Shown: positions 28,234 to 40,700 of the stretch, piece after piece
Layout: every line of letters begins with the position of its first letter
How positions within the stretch are numbered: position 1 is the stretch's first letter
Origin: Mayamaea pseudoterrestris
Taxonomy: Eukaryota
Direction of reading: 5' to 3'
DNA: 64,000 nt
Assembly (NCBI GenBank): GCA_027923505.1
Contig: BROI01000005.1
Span: forward strand, 310,001 to 374,000
Program-made: the position numbers and the translations under genes
Notes under the pieces: model-generated
What the model was told of the DNA's origin: nothing
The model's database searches: none
Seen by the model: only the letters and a program-made list of their open reading frames with translations

Positions 28234-29259
28234 ATGCCAACCATTCCGCCATCGCCATCTCAGGAAGAGGCCCAACTTCAAATGAACAGCGAAGTCGACG
28301 ACGTCTTTGAGGACGCCCTTCAGGAAGACGCCGACGAAGGCGTCGAAGGAGTCTTTGCTGTATCGGCAGATGAAATGGCGTTAATCCGCGCTGACCTTGC
28401 TTCGGATTTTCCGGATGATTTCTTGTACCTTTCGGATGCATACGTTCACTCGGTGGCAAGCAAGCCTTACTCCAAGGACCCGACCAAGCGACGCCCCATT
28501 GAGTATTCGCAGGAGAAACTCAAGCATGTCATGGAATGGCGCGAAGAGGTTGGCGCTCCCGACATGGAGGACCTTGTCAAGCTGGCGAATGGTCCGCCGA
28601 GTGCGCCAGAAGCCATTGAGAACCCTGAGCGATTTGCGCGGGCCAAGGCGCTTGTTTCGTCGCTCAATAATAATTCGCTCTACTGGCACGGCTTTACCAA
28701 GGATGGTCGTCCTATTCTCTGGATTCGGACCAACCGTAAGCCATGGTATCCTGATGTTGACGCCGAAGTGAATGCTCTCATTTTGCTAGCTGACACTGGC
28801 ATCAAGTGCATGCCGGATGGAGTGACGGACTTTGCTGTCATTGCGGAAACATCCTATCCGCCTCCTCCGAACCCGACCTTTATGATCAAGACACTCAAGG
28901 CATTGGTGCGTGGCTATCCGGACCGCTTGAACTTGTTGCTTTCGGCGCCGGTGTCGAGCATTGTGCAGTTTGTCATGAATCTGTTGCTGCCGCTCATGCC
29001 GGGGCGCTTGGCAAGCAAGGTGGTCTTGCTGGGAGTAGATGAGATTTGCGACAAGCTCAAGGGACTCTTGCAGAATGGAACGGATGATATTCCAACGTTC
29101 TTTGGTGGAACAGTCAATCATGATGCCCTGTACCCAGATGAAGGCAAGTGCCCGAATCGAGGCCAAGGTAATCTTAAATTTGATTATTTCGGTATGGTCG
29201 ATCGATTGAAGGAGCAAAGAGACGAGTGGATTGCATGGAAAGCAACGCAGAGCGAGTAA
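28234..29259 (+). CDS. CRAL-TRIO/Sec14-like lipid-binding protein
   Basis: YWHGFTKDGRPILW, GYPDRL and IPTFFGG are Sec14-type motifs. Start at 28234 or 28282 within ORF 28153..29259. Confidence 0.85.
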   Translation: MPTIPPSPSQEEAQLQMNSEVDDVFEDALQEDADEGVEGVFAVSADEMALIRADLASDFPDDFLYLSDAYVHSVASKPYSKDPTKRRPIEYSQEKLKHVMEWREEVGAPDMEDLVKLANGPPSAPEAIENPERFARAKALVSSLNNNSLYWHGFTKDGRPILWIRTNRKPWYPDVDAEVNALILLADTGIKCMPDGVTDFAVIAETSYPPPPNPTFMIKTLKALVRGYPDRLNLLLSAPVSSIVQFVMNLLLPLMPGRLASKVVLLGVDEICDKLKGLLQNGTDDIPTFFGGTVNHDALYPDEGKCPNRGQGNLKFDYFGMVDRLKEQRDEWIAWKATQSE

Positions 29260-29912
29260 GATGAGGTTGAAATAAATGCGGGGGTTGGTACCAGCAACGC
29301 AGATGCTTGGTGGCAGCTGGGCGTCCGCAAGTTTTATTGTCTGGATTCTCAACTGCGATGGTATATGGGTGCAAATAAGATGGCGACGACAATGCTTTTA
29401 GCTTCATGTAAAATCTGTCAAGTGTTACTTCCATACTGTGAAGCTGTTAAAAAGGTGGCTAGTGCTTCCGGGTAGAACTATCTAGAGAAGCAACTGTTTC
29501 ACTACGTACTGTAGAAGGCTAAGTGCTTTGCTGCTTTAAGAACTCATAAACTGTCTCACAATCGCATCTGGTATCATTTTCTTTTTTGCATCGGCTTGTG
29601 CATGTTGTTGGATTGCTGGAAGACGGATAGCTATTGCTAGTACTGGTACGACGTGTCACAAGGTTTGCGAGCAATGTGAGTTCTTTGAAAACCCTCCATT
29701 CCATCAAGCTGGAATATAGGTCGTGGAGACGCTTCGTTGCCAGGTTGTTGTGCTGCGAATCCTTGGCCATGGATCCGTTCCCAATTGTTCCTCGCCGGGT
29801 TTCAACCTGCCAAGTTTGATCCCGAATTTAAATTGGCTTCGAGGTGGAACGCTTGCATTTGGTGGCAGCGCACAACCCTGGCTATTTCCTCCGCACCCGC
29901 CTTGCCGTTTCA

Positions 29913-31778
29913 ATGATGAAGCTTCTCCTGCCCTTCGTTTGTCTAATTCAATTGGCGTTAGCGGCTACGAACACGACGTTTTCCGACAATGTTGTGTATA
30001 ACAAGTGGCTTGCTGGTTCCGACTACAGGAATAGCCTGTTCATTCCTGCCGACAACAATGTCAATGGAGCTGCCGTCCATTGGACCATTAGCGACGACAA
30101 TACGACTTTGAACCTTGCCGTTGCTGTGGAAGCAAGTGGATGGGTTGGATTTGGTGTAAGGAATATTTGAGTGAGGTGTGATTTTTGCAAACCCTTGCAC
30201 TTTGACTCAATTGTCTTTGTCTTGTTACTGTTGCTCTTGTTTAGCTGTCGGAGAATGGCGGAATGACTGGATCCGACATGATGATATATGAAGCAGCAAA
30301 GCCGAATATTGTCCTTGATGCATATGTTACACAAGATCGCTATCCGCAAATTGATGACTGTCAAGATTGGACGTTTGTAGATGCAACGGTGGAGGATAAC
30401 ACAATGATTGTCGAAGTGTCGCGCAAGCTGTTCACTGGCGACACGCAAGATTTGGCAATATTGGATGACACTTCCTCTGGTTTTCCCGTCCACCGCATCA
30501 TTTCGGCGTGGGGAGACTCTGAAAGCTTTAGCTATCATGGCATGGACCGGGCTCGTGGGACGATTCGCTGGTTTGGTGGCAGTGTCACGGAAGTGGAGCG
30601 ATTTGAAGCGATTATGGAGCCATACAAGAGCAACAAGATTGTCGTCATGGCCGACAATTATCCCATCAAGCCTATTGACACTGAGTATGCTCACATATGT
30701 GTGTCTGGGGATGACCTGCGAGACCAGGGCGTTGACCTTGACACTGGAGTTACAATGATTGGAATTGAACCATACGTTACTAATTCCCATGTCCATCATT
30801 TTACGGCGTACGCTAGCCTGACGGAAAACAATGGAGATACGGGTTGCAACGGCACGGATTACATTGTAAGTGTGTCGCTGAGCAACGCGCATCGACGTCT
30901 GAAATTTGTGTCTAATCACCATCTCTCTGCGTTTCCAGTCGATGGTGTACCTTTGGGCTCCCGGTGAACCTCCAAATGCCTTTCCCGACTTTCTTGGGAT
31001 GCCAATTGGTGGCAACTCGGGTTTTAGATCGTTTCGCATTGAGTTTCATTATGATAATCCCCAGCTTGAAGAAGGAATTCTCGACAGTAGTGGCATCACC
31101 TACTATTATAGCACGGAGCCACGCGAACAGACGATGGGTATCATGCAGATTGGCGACCCTATAGTTGCTTTGGACGGTACTTTGATTCCGGATGGCACAA
31201 CTTCCTACAGCTTCAATTGTCCAGCTTCTTGCACCAAATCGGTACTGGACGAGCCTGTTACTGTCATTCGCGAATATCTCCATTTACATAAATCTGGTGC
31301 GTCGTCGTACAGCCAGCACTTCCGCGATGGCAACATGATTCGGTCGTCAAAAGCTGAGTATTACGATTTTGCACAACAAGGAGCACAAGCGATCTTGCAA
31401 GAGCCGTACGAGGTTCTACCGGGAGACGCTTTCAAAGTAGGTTGCTACTATGAGAATGAACCGGGTACAAATCGCACATTTGGACTGGGGTCGAGCAACG
31501 AAATGTGCATTTCGTTCCTGTACTACTATCCTGCCAAGGCCACTCCGAGCGGATTGCCATTCTTTTGTGGCGTTGGACTGACGGACATGCTTCCAGATTG
31601 TGACATTCCTTCGGAAGGCATTTCTGTTTCCGACGATTCGTCGCAAGAGCTCCTTGCTGAACGCGCCTTTGGCGCGGCGACGGAACAATGCGCGGCCGAC
31701 GAGATGAGTGGCATTTTGATTCAAACCGCATCTCTTGGTCTCATCTTGAGTGTCTTGGCCTTTCTTGTGGTGTTGTAA
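29913..31778 (+). CDS. DOMON + copper type II ascorbate-dependent monooxygenase (DBH/MOXD1-like), 3 exons, hydrophobic C-terminus
   Basis: Signal peptide MMKLLLPFVCLIQLALA. Intron 1 (30156-30244) rebuilds the DOMON motif WVGFG-LSENGGMTGSD. Intron 2 (30866-30938) rebuilds DYI-SMVYLWAPG. Copper ligands HVHH, HLH and NEMC; EFHYDNP also present. Confidence 0.9.
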
Positions 31779-32113
31779 ACTCAATTTTTAATTAAATGTG
31801 CACGCACTGCAAAGCCTTTTCGTGCGGTATGTACATAGGTCACTTTATGATTGTTTACAATGTACTCTATGAATTGGATCGCGGAGCAACTATTTGCTGG
31901 TTTGATGGAGCCAAGTTTAAAGCGCCAACGCCACCCCCGAAAAGCGCTTCCTTTCACCGATTGGTACTACTAAACCGGCAGGCGCCTTGTGCCGATCAAG
32001 ACGCCCCCTCGCGCTCACTGGACCTTGTTCCATTGGATATATATGGAGGCAGTCAAATGTATAGTTAATAACTTTATGCGTAATTCAATATGTAGCTGAT
32101 GCACTGTAATGCC

Positions 32114-34513
32114 TCAAGAGTATTCGCGCTCGAGTCGGTCCTTGACCAATAATGCGTGCATAAGCGACTTCCAACGTTTCAATACATTCCGCTGTCGGGT
32201 CTCTTCTCCTTCCACGAACGCATGATTCGTCAATTCAATACTTCCCTCGCGTATCAACTCTTCATTGTGAGCGTGAACAACAATTCCACGAATGCTGGGA
32301 GTGCGGTTGCCTCCATGCCCTTCAAAACCAAGCAGACAAGGAGCGTAGGGGATCTGCAACCGTTTCGCTACCGCGGCAGCATCCCCAACATCAACGTGAA
32401 CAAGACCAGGGTTTAAAAGAGCCAGCTCAATGTTGCCGAATTTATTGTAAGGTATTTGGTCATCTGGGCCAACTGCTGGGGGCGACCAACGAGTTGTCTG
32501 CCATATGGCATACAGATCCTCCACACCATCCTCCAATGGTTTTTCGGCTCGCGCCAAGTCCAACGCGCGCTGCTCCTCGCTTCCGTCATTGCCTTTGCCG
32601 ACACCATAAGAGCGCAATGGCTTAAATTCTTTTGCAACGGGCTTTTTGCGAGCCTTGACCCGTTTAATGGGCTTCACCAGCTCAGCATCCATCACCTTTC
32701 TCCCTTCATAAAGCCACTTTCGTGCCGTCCTGGCTGTGCTAACATCAGACCGAGAGTAGACGAGTTCACCTTTAAACACGCCTTTGATTCGATCTTTGGC
32801 ATCAGGCGTAAGTACCTCCGCTTTGCCGAGAAGGGATGCCAATACAAAGACCGGATGCGTTTGAAAAGCCGCCTTGCTCGAAGGAATAAGTTCGTCATTG
32901 GCCGACGTTTCCAGTTCCTCCGCCTCGTTGTCATCTTCCCCAAAAAACCGTGATGTTTGCGAAATAGCTGGCAATTTTCTATCGTCGTCACTACTATCAA
33001 CCAAAAAGGGCTCTTCGTACTTCAAGCCTAAAGGCGAAGATGATGGAATAACGGTTTCCGTTCCATGATTTAATATATGCAGAGTCCGAGACCACCACGA
33101 GTCCTTCCATTTTGATTCAACCATTGATTTTTTATCACGAATCGCACCGCGCTCGCGCAGGGACGCGACCCAGCTGTCGGCGTAGCGAGGAGTCACATCC
33201 GTCAGTCGAAAGGGAAGTGTCATGTGGTCTGTACTTTGGTGCTCGACCGCAAGAACAAACGCAACAGGACGTTTAGGATTACTTGTGCGACCCAGCGTAC
33301 CAAGTTGACTGAATAAAAGTGTCTCCACATGCCCTGGCCGATCGACAAGTGCTCGAACCGAATCGACGTGCACCCAACGTTGTTTGGCCTTTCCTTTCAC
33401 AACTAATTCACGGCATGATATCTCCACCCACATTAATGAGGGAGCAGGTGAGATAATTGAATCTGTTTCCATAACACTCGTTGGTGATTTTGAGGTCAAA
33501 CGGCGAACTGAGCTGAAAATATTTCTGGACTGTGACATGAGTGGGTGGTCAACGTCCAAATCTTGCTTGATTGGATCAATATTCATCACAAGGCGGGCCC
33601 GCCACCCCAAGGAGCGAACCATGGCCAGAAACAGCAACGTTTGATCGGATTCGTTCCATTGATGAACCATCAGTCCGTCTGCAGCATTGTCATCAAGTGT
33701 GTGCGAGAGAAAATGACAATAATCCAATAGCTTTCGAAGGGAAGTTTCCTCACCCCCGTCTACTAGTTCCAAATCAGGAGTCACTTTCAACGTTCGTCTT
33801 TTACTTTGTCGTTGTTGTCGAGTCGCACGAGTGGTTGTACCGCGAGCAGCGTTTTCTCGCATGCGACGCCGTCTGACTTCCATGACGTGATGAATGCGGT
33901 CGTGGAACCACCCGACCAGTCGTTTCACTTGCGAAACACTCGGAGTTACAATGGATGTAACTATCCAACAAGGTGGAAGTAAGCTATGAGCTATCGCAAG
34001 AACGTCGTCATCAGAGCAGATATTCGACAAGTAGCAGGCCCTACTGGCACATGCCAAGAGGTTGGTTTGATGAAGATCTCGCAAGAGCGACTGCATATGT
34101 TGGGGAAGTGATTCAATTCGAAAGCACTTTCTTGTCTTGTTGCGTTTCCTCTTTTTTGCAGCCGGTTCTTCGTCTTGCTGGTGCATGTTGATCGTCACTG
34201 GTCGTAAAAGAGAGGCGTCTGCTGGCATTTTTCTGTCATCATCGTCGGCATATGATTCCCTCAATGCAGGCGTAGTCGGTTGATCGCCACCATCTTCCCA
34301 TCCCACATTGTCTTCATCGTCATCTTCATCTTCAAAGTCATTGAACCCAGAGTCTGCATTGTAAGATGCGGCATGTGTCGCAGCAAAAGGCTTTTCGTCG
34401 CCCGCGCAGCTTGCTGCAGGCGCTGCAGCTGAAAATTGTCCTTGCTGATGGACCCATTCATCGAGTTCAACCTCCTCCTCTGAATCCGACGAAAGATTCC
34501 AATGAAAGTTCAT
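32114..34513 (-). CDS. RAD4: DNA damage recognition protein XPC/Rad4
   Basis: RSLGWRARLV, WVEI...RWVHVD, DVTPRY, HPVFVL, LYAIWQT, IPYNKFGNIEL and GIVV (transglutaminase-like plus BHD1-3). ATG at 34513. Confidence 0.92.
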   Translation of the reverse strand: MNFHWNLSSDSEEEVELDEWVHQQGQFSAAAPAASCAGDEKPFAATHAASYNADSGFNDFEDEDDDEDNVGWEDGGDQPTTPALRESYADDDDRKMPADASLLRPVTINMHQQDEEPAAKKRKRNKTRKCFRIESLPQHMQSLLRDLHQTNLLACASRACYLSNICSDDDVLAIAHSLLPPCWIVTSIVTPSVSQVKRLVGWFHDRIHHVMEVRRRRMRENAARGTTTRATRQQRQSKRRTLKVTPDLELVDGGEETSLRKLLDYCHFLSHTLDDNAADGLMVHQWNESDQTLLFLAMVRSLGWRARLVMNIDPIKQDLDVDHPLMSQSRNIFSSVRRLTSKSPTSVMETDSIISPAPSLMWVEISCRELVVKGKAKQRWVHVDSVRALVDRPGHVETLLFSQLGTLGRTSNPKRPVAFVLAVEHQSTDHMTLPFRLTDVTPRYADSWVASLRERGAIRDKKSMVESKWKDSWWSRTLHILNHGTETVIPSSSPLGLKYEEPFLVDSSDDDRKLPAISQTSRFFGEDDNEAEELETSANDELIPSSKAAFQTHPVFVLASLLGKAEVLTPDAKDRIKGVFKGELVYSRSDVSTARTARKWLYEGRKVMDAELVKPIKRVKARKKPVAKEFKPLRSYGVGKGNDGSEEQRALDLARAEKPLEDGVEDLYAIWQTTRWSPPAVGPDDQIPYNKFGNIELALLNPGLVHVDVGDAAAVAKRLQIPYAPCLLGFEGHGGNRTPSIRGIVVHAHNEELIREGSIELTNHAFVEGEETRQRNVLKRWKSLMHALLVKDRLEREYS

Positions 34514-34751
34514 CTGCGTCGTCAAACTTACGAAGATGCAAGTATGTTGGCTGAACACAATATTCTTTCGCGATCGCAACCAGACGCGTTTCTTTCGAAT
34601 CGAATTGATGTCGTACCATGACTGCTAAGACACTCGGACCGGTACTCACGTCTTAGGGTTGAAGTTCTGGAGATCGTGAGCTGGCGATTCGGACGACCAT
34701 GGGAACAAGTTTGACAACGGAGCGGCGTGAGTAGTTACCGATAAAGGAATC

Positions 34752-37700
34752 ATGACGATTAAACGACTCACCTGTAGCCATATAAGAATACCTTGCAAGT
34801 TTCTCGCCTTACTGCTTTGTTGGCAACTCCTGGCATCGGCCTTTGGATGGACCGGAAGGACGGGTGGTCGAGGGTTTCGATTACCCATCAACATTCAGAA
34901 TGCATTTCAACTGCCATCAAAGTTTCAAGCAAATATAGCTCATTTGACCCTTCACGCATCTCTTATAAACGGAGAGCTGACTGATGACTGGGTTGGCGAG
35001 CAGCAGACGCAGCGTGACGAGAATGTGCGTCGGGGACCCAGCCATTCCCAGCAACACTGTCGACGTGCAACTCTTTCGCCCTTTCAAGTGATTGATCCAT
35101 TACTCGCTGCTCCATACAATGAAACGACACCTATTACATTATATCAGGCGTTGAATGTCATGCGCGACGCATGTCGAGTGATTGCTTCTAACAAAGGAGA
35201 TGATTTAAATCTTCACCGCAATTGGAAACGGTTGCTGCCATTTGACATGAAAAACGACGATTTTGCCACAGCAAACAATGCAACCACCATAATTCGCTTG
35301 CAACTACCAATATCGCATCCAGTTGACCCGCTGGCGTGGCTCCACGCACAGTCGGCTCATCGACCAAATGCATTTTCGAAAGCAGCTTCCTTTTACCTTC
35401 ACACCCAGCAGCAACAATCAACGGCTGCATTAGAACTACAAGATGACGATCCGAAGCATCCGTCGTCACTCGAAAGCCATAGAGGTTACGAGATTGCCAG
35501 TCTCTTTAGCGCAATTTCTTACAAATCTACTACAGCTGCCTTGCAGGCAGTCCAATTCGCCTTGCCGCCGCAATCTCGCTTGTACGGCGGGGCTCGGTTC
35601 GATGCAAACAATAATACAACTATCTCAAGTAGCAATGAATGGAAGAATTTCGGGCAGGCTCTTTGGATGCTGCCAGGAGTCGAGATGCGCGTCGATAAGG
35701 ACAATGAGGAGTACCCAACACTTGCGATTCACATTGTTGTTAATCACGATAAATACAATATCGCCATGCCAGCATCGTTGAAGGCAGTTGCTGCACAGGC
35801 CTCTAGCTGGCTTTCGTTTGTCTCTGACGCGCATTCGCATGCGTCGCCATGCACGACGCTGCCTCCGATCATTTCCAGAGAATCAAATTATCACACGCGG
35901 ACAACGACCACGACACATCATGACGACACAAACAGTCACACTGCTGTAATTGATGGACAGGAACTTTTTGAACGAGGGCTTGAACAAGCACTGGGCGAAA
36001 TCAACGAAAGTTCATGCGAAATTACTGAAGGTGACGCACAATCTGATCAGTCGCAGCCGGTGGATGAGCAGTCATTTAATCAAACATTAACCAAAGTGGT
36101 ACTGGCGCGCCGACAGACGCTTCACTTTGCCACATTACGAAATGAGCACGATTGGACTGGCCTGCAGGTGGTGCGACGATGGAAGTACGGCGGACATGAA
36201 GGAGGGCATTTGTTTTACATGCGTGTTGAAGGAGGTGAAGAATTTTTTGGGTGCACGCCGGAGCGGCTTTTTCGAGTGTCTTCCACTGGCGAAAATAACG
36301 TTAGTAGCAGAAAGGCATGGGTGCATTCCGAAGCATTGGCTGGGACGCGCCCGCGAGGGAGCTCGCCGGAGGCCGACGAAGAACTTTTGCAGGAGTTAAT
36401 GAGTAGCCCCAAGGATCAAACTGAAAATAGACTCACCGGTCTGTATATTCAGGAGCGCTTTAAGGAACTAGAAGGGCTCGGATATATTAATGAACAGGAG
36501 CGAAGCAACGAAAAAACATTTTTTGTGCGACGGCTGCTACATTTGCAGCACATATGCCAGCGATTCTCGGCGCAAATACGCAATGCTGACGATGCATTTG
36601 ATGTAACGAGATATTTGCTGCAAGCATTGCATCCAACACCAGCAGTTTGTGGCGTCCCTGTCGATAAAGCGATTGAGTTTATTCGACAGTATGAAACGGT
36701 TGGATTTGATAGAGGATACTATTCTGGACCTGTGGGTTACATTGGAATAAACGCGGCGGATGTTCTTGTTGCTATCCGATCCGGACTTGCCTCAAGGAAT
36801 CACGACAACGGTGCCCTAAACATTCATGTATATGCTGGAGTCGGCCTTGTTTCCGGATCCACCTTGGCTGGCGAATGGGCTGAGACGAATTCAAAACTAG
36901 CAGTGTTGAGTTCCATGTTTCCACAGTCGCCTCTGACTCTCAAAGGAGCTACGAATGCCAATCTTGCCTGGAGCACTGCGTTCGTAGAGGAGCTGGTTCG
37001 AAATGGCATCACTCAATTCTACATCTGCCCGGGCTCGCGTTCGACGCCACTAGTCGTTGCGATTGCCAGGGCAGTGCGAGCGAATGTTGGCGTTGTCAAC
37101 GCAGTTAGCGTCCATGATGAACGAGCTGCTGGATTCCGAGCGATTGGTTACGCCAGAGGATGTGGACGGCCCGCCGCTGTACTAACATCCAGCGGAACAG
37201 CTGTTGCCAATTTGTATCCAGCCATCGTTGAGGCTGGAGTCGATGGTGTTCCAATGGTAGTTTTGACGGCTGATCGACCGTATGAGAGCCGCAACACCGG
37301 GGCAAACCAAGCAATTGATCAAGTCAAGATGTTTTCGCCAACCTACGTCCGCTGGTACCGCGACGTGCTCCCTCCCGATGATAACGTCCCAGTTAATGTG
37401 GCTTTGTCGGACGCCGCACATGCTGTCAGTTTCGCCAAAAACAGTCTCGGTCCGGTCCATGTAAACATCCAATTTCGTGAAAACCTTGCTCCTGATGCTG
37501 GCCCTATTCGCAACGACAATCGCGGGGGCGCCATATCGGAGTACAACGGTAAACACTTTACGGACGTTGCTGGGTTTGTGCGATGGTCCACCAAAGGGGA
37601 CTGTTGGACAAAGACATTTGCAGCGAAAACAATTAGCGAAGAGACGATAAACGAAATGACGCGGTTAATTTTAGAGTCGAAACGGGGTATTATTGTTGTG

Positions 37701-40700
37701 GGAAATATTCGCGAAGAGGCGTCTGGAGACAGACAATTACAGGTGGTCGACTTAATATCAACGTTCGCGCAGTCGATAGGCTTTCCAATTTTAGCCGGCG
37801 CCCAGAGTGCTGCCTTGCGGTTCCGAAGTCCAGCCGTCGTTCCATTCGCAGAACACCTTCTCAAATGTCCCGAGGTGGCCGAGAATCTCAAGCCTGATCT
37901 TATCATCCAGCTAGGCTCTCCACTTGTATCCACTGGCATTCCCGCACTGATAGAATCGACTATGCGAAGATCTGATCAAGCCGTACACCACATTTTAATT
38001 CATCCAGCCACTGCTGGCGAACGAGCCGACCCCGGTTTCACTATCACACATAACATCCACTCTGGCATCGAACCGTTTTTAAAAGGCATATTGGTCAGGA
38101 TGAATGAAAAAGAAGGTAATGGCAATGGTCCTACGATCGGGAGTGAACTCTCATCGCTGGTATTGCTTGGTCGGAAGTTACAGGGTGTGATGAAATCGAT
38201 AATAAACGATGCCTCGGCCACCATTGCTGAACGAATTAGTGATGATTTTTTGTCGGAACCAGAAATAGTGGTCGCTCTAGCAGAATCAATGTCATCTCAA
38301 AGCAGCGAGGAACGATCACTGTTTGTTTCCAATTCGATGCCGATCAGGGACTGTGAGTTCTTTTTTTATCCCTTCCACGAATGTACCGCAGGTCCATATA
38401 AGGTGGGATCAAATCGAGGTGCCAGTGGCATTGACGGCATCATTTCTTCAGCGCATGGATTTGCTGAGTCTGGAAAACGCCCTACCACTCTTTTGATTGG
38501 CGACTTGGCCACATTGCACGACTTGACCTCATTGCATGCTTTGTCGAACGAGCATGCATCCCAAGGTCCTACCGGAAAGTCTCGCCATCCGCTTACCATT
38601 GTTATTGTCAACAACAATGGGGGAGGAATATTTTCGTTTCTTCCCATCGCGAAACATGGCGCCGATGCGTCTTTCACTGAGTACTTCGGCACTCCTACCA
38701 AGAGCTTCTCGTTTCAACAAGGAACAAATGCTTTTGGACTGAGTTTTACAACAAGTAACACAATTAATTCATTCAAGGAAGTGTACTTGCAAGCTACCCG
38801 TTCATGCCACCACTGTGTCATCGAAGCTGTCGTTGCAGCGCACGAGGTCAATGTCGCAGTGCATCAAGAGATAACCAAGAGCGTCATGTCGTTTGTGCGT
38901 GACTTCCTTCAAGTAAGACCGATGCCGAACTTGATCAAGCAACGATTGCCAGTCAAGAGTTATGGTTCTTTTGTCAAAGGTCACAAAGCCTTTATTGAAC
39001 CTCGAAAAACGCTGGTCCTTTTGCATGGATTCTTAGGCGATAAAGCAGAATGGGACGAGACTGCGTCTTTGTTATCTCATCAATTGTCAGCTAGCTGGAA
39101 TATTCTTGCTATCGATCTTCCGGGGCATGGACTCGCACCTTTGATTGGCTGCTCGGATCGTCAGATGATCCAATCCGCTTTAAACCTACTTGTCGAGAAC
39201 GAAGCACCATTTTCTATTGAGAGTATGGCTGCAACGGTACTCAACTCACTGTCGACGCATCACGGCGTGAAGCAGGTACATGCAATTGCCGGTTATTCGT
39301 TGGGCGGTCGAATTGCGCTAGCGATGAAACAAATGTGTGATTCTCCGCTGAGAGATGTTAAAATTCCAATTTTACTGCGACCTAATGCGAAATTGATAAT
39401 TCTCGGTGCATATCCTGGTGATCTTAATTCTAAGCTTCCGGTTAGACACACTTGGAGTGGTTCTGAATTGCAGCGTGTGCAAGCCGATGAGGCGCTGGCA
39501 AATCGCATCATCTCAATTGGCAATAGTGCAATACTTAAATCTGCTGGTTGTGGTGGTAACGTTCAGTCAAAGTGGTCATCATGGCTTTCAGACTGGTACA
39601 GTGCCCCAATATGGGGAGAAATTAATCAAAGGGAGCGTTATGCCGACATGATTAACAAACGATGTGCCACTTTGAATGTTCGCGGAAGAGATTGCGCCGC
39701 AATACTGTATAACTGCTCACCGCCAAAGACAAATCAGCACTACTGGAAGAGTTGCAGTGGCCCGAACACCTTGTTCCTTGCAGGGAGTCTTGACACGAAG
39801 TATAGTGAAGTTGGACGGGCTTTGGAAACGAAAACGGGAATTATGTTCCGGAACGTGGAAAATGCTGGTCACGCGTTGCTGGTCGAAAATACATCCCAAG
39901 TCAGCGAGCATCTAGTTACGTTCTTATCAGTAGAGAGTGTCGATGATGTTCCGTCCAACTTGCATAAAATAATGACAAACGAATCGGTCGAAGTACTACT
40001 ACTGGAACCAGGAGAAAGGCAAGACTCTCAGGACGAAGAACCACCTGCAACATTAAGTTGGGATGCTAATGCGCAAGTGGGCAAGCCAAATCATCTACAT
40101 GCTTCCATTCAGTTTATAACATTTGAACAAACCAGTATACAACTCGTGAATGGCATTTCAGAAGTTAGTGGTATCGGCTGGGGCAATGCTGCTCGCATTA
40201 CGGAATCAACAACCAGTAATAGAGATGGTCTTCTCGTTCAAATCGCAGCAAATGACGTTGAAGTCGGGGTTGGAGAAATTTGTCCTCTAAACGGCCTGCA
40301 TGACGAGTCATTTGATGAAGCAAGAGATCAAATTGAGAGGATACGAGATGCACTTGAGCATGACACTGCGCCTGGACCGACGTTCTACGCGCCGGCTGTC
40401 GTGGCTATGGAAGGGGCTTTGCGCGAATTCTTGATCCGTTTCGCAGATTTTGTCGGTATTAAAAAGTTACACGCAAGTGTCTATAGTGGACTTGAAATGG
40501 CGCTTCTTTCTCTTGCTGCTAGAATCATTGGATCGCCGCTTCATCAGTTGTTACCAGGCACGGGTCGACATCAGAAAGGCGTCTTGTTGCCTATCAATGG
40601 CATTACAACGCGCGGAAGCGAGCGTTTTCAAGCTCAAACCTTCCCGTCAATGAAAGTGAAGGTTGGCCATCAGTCGCTGGCAGATGACCTTCAAGTTATG

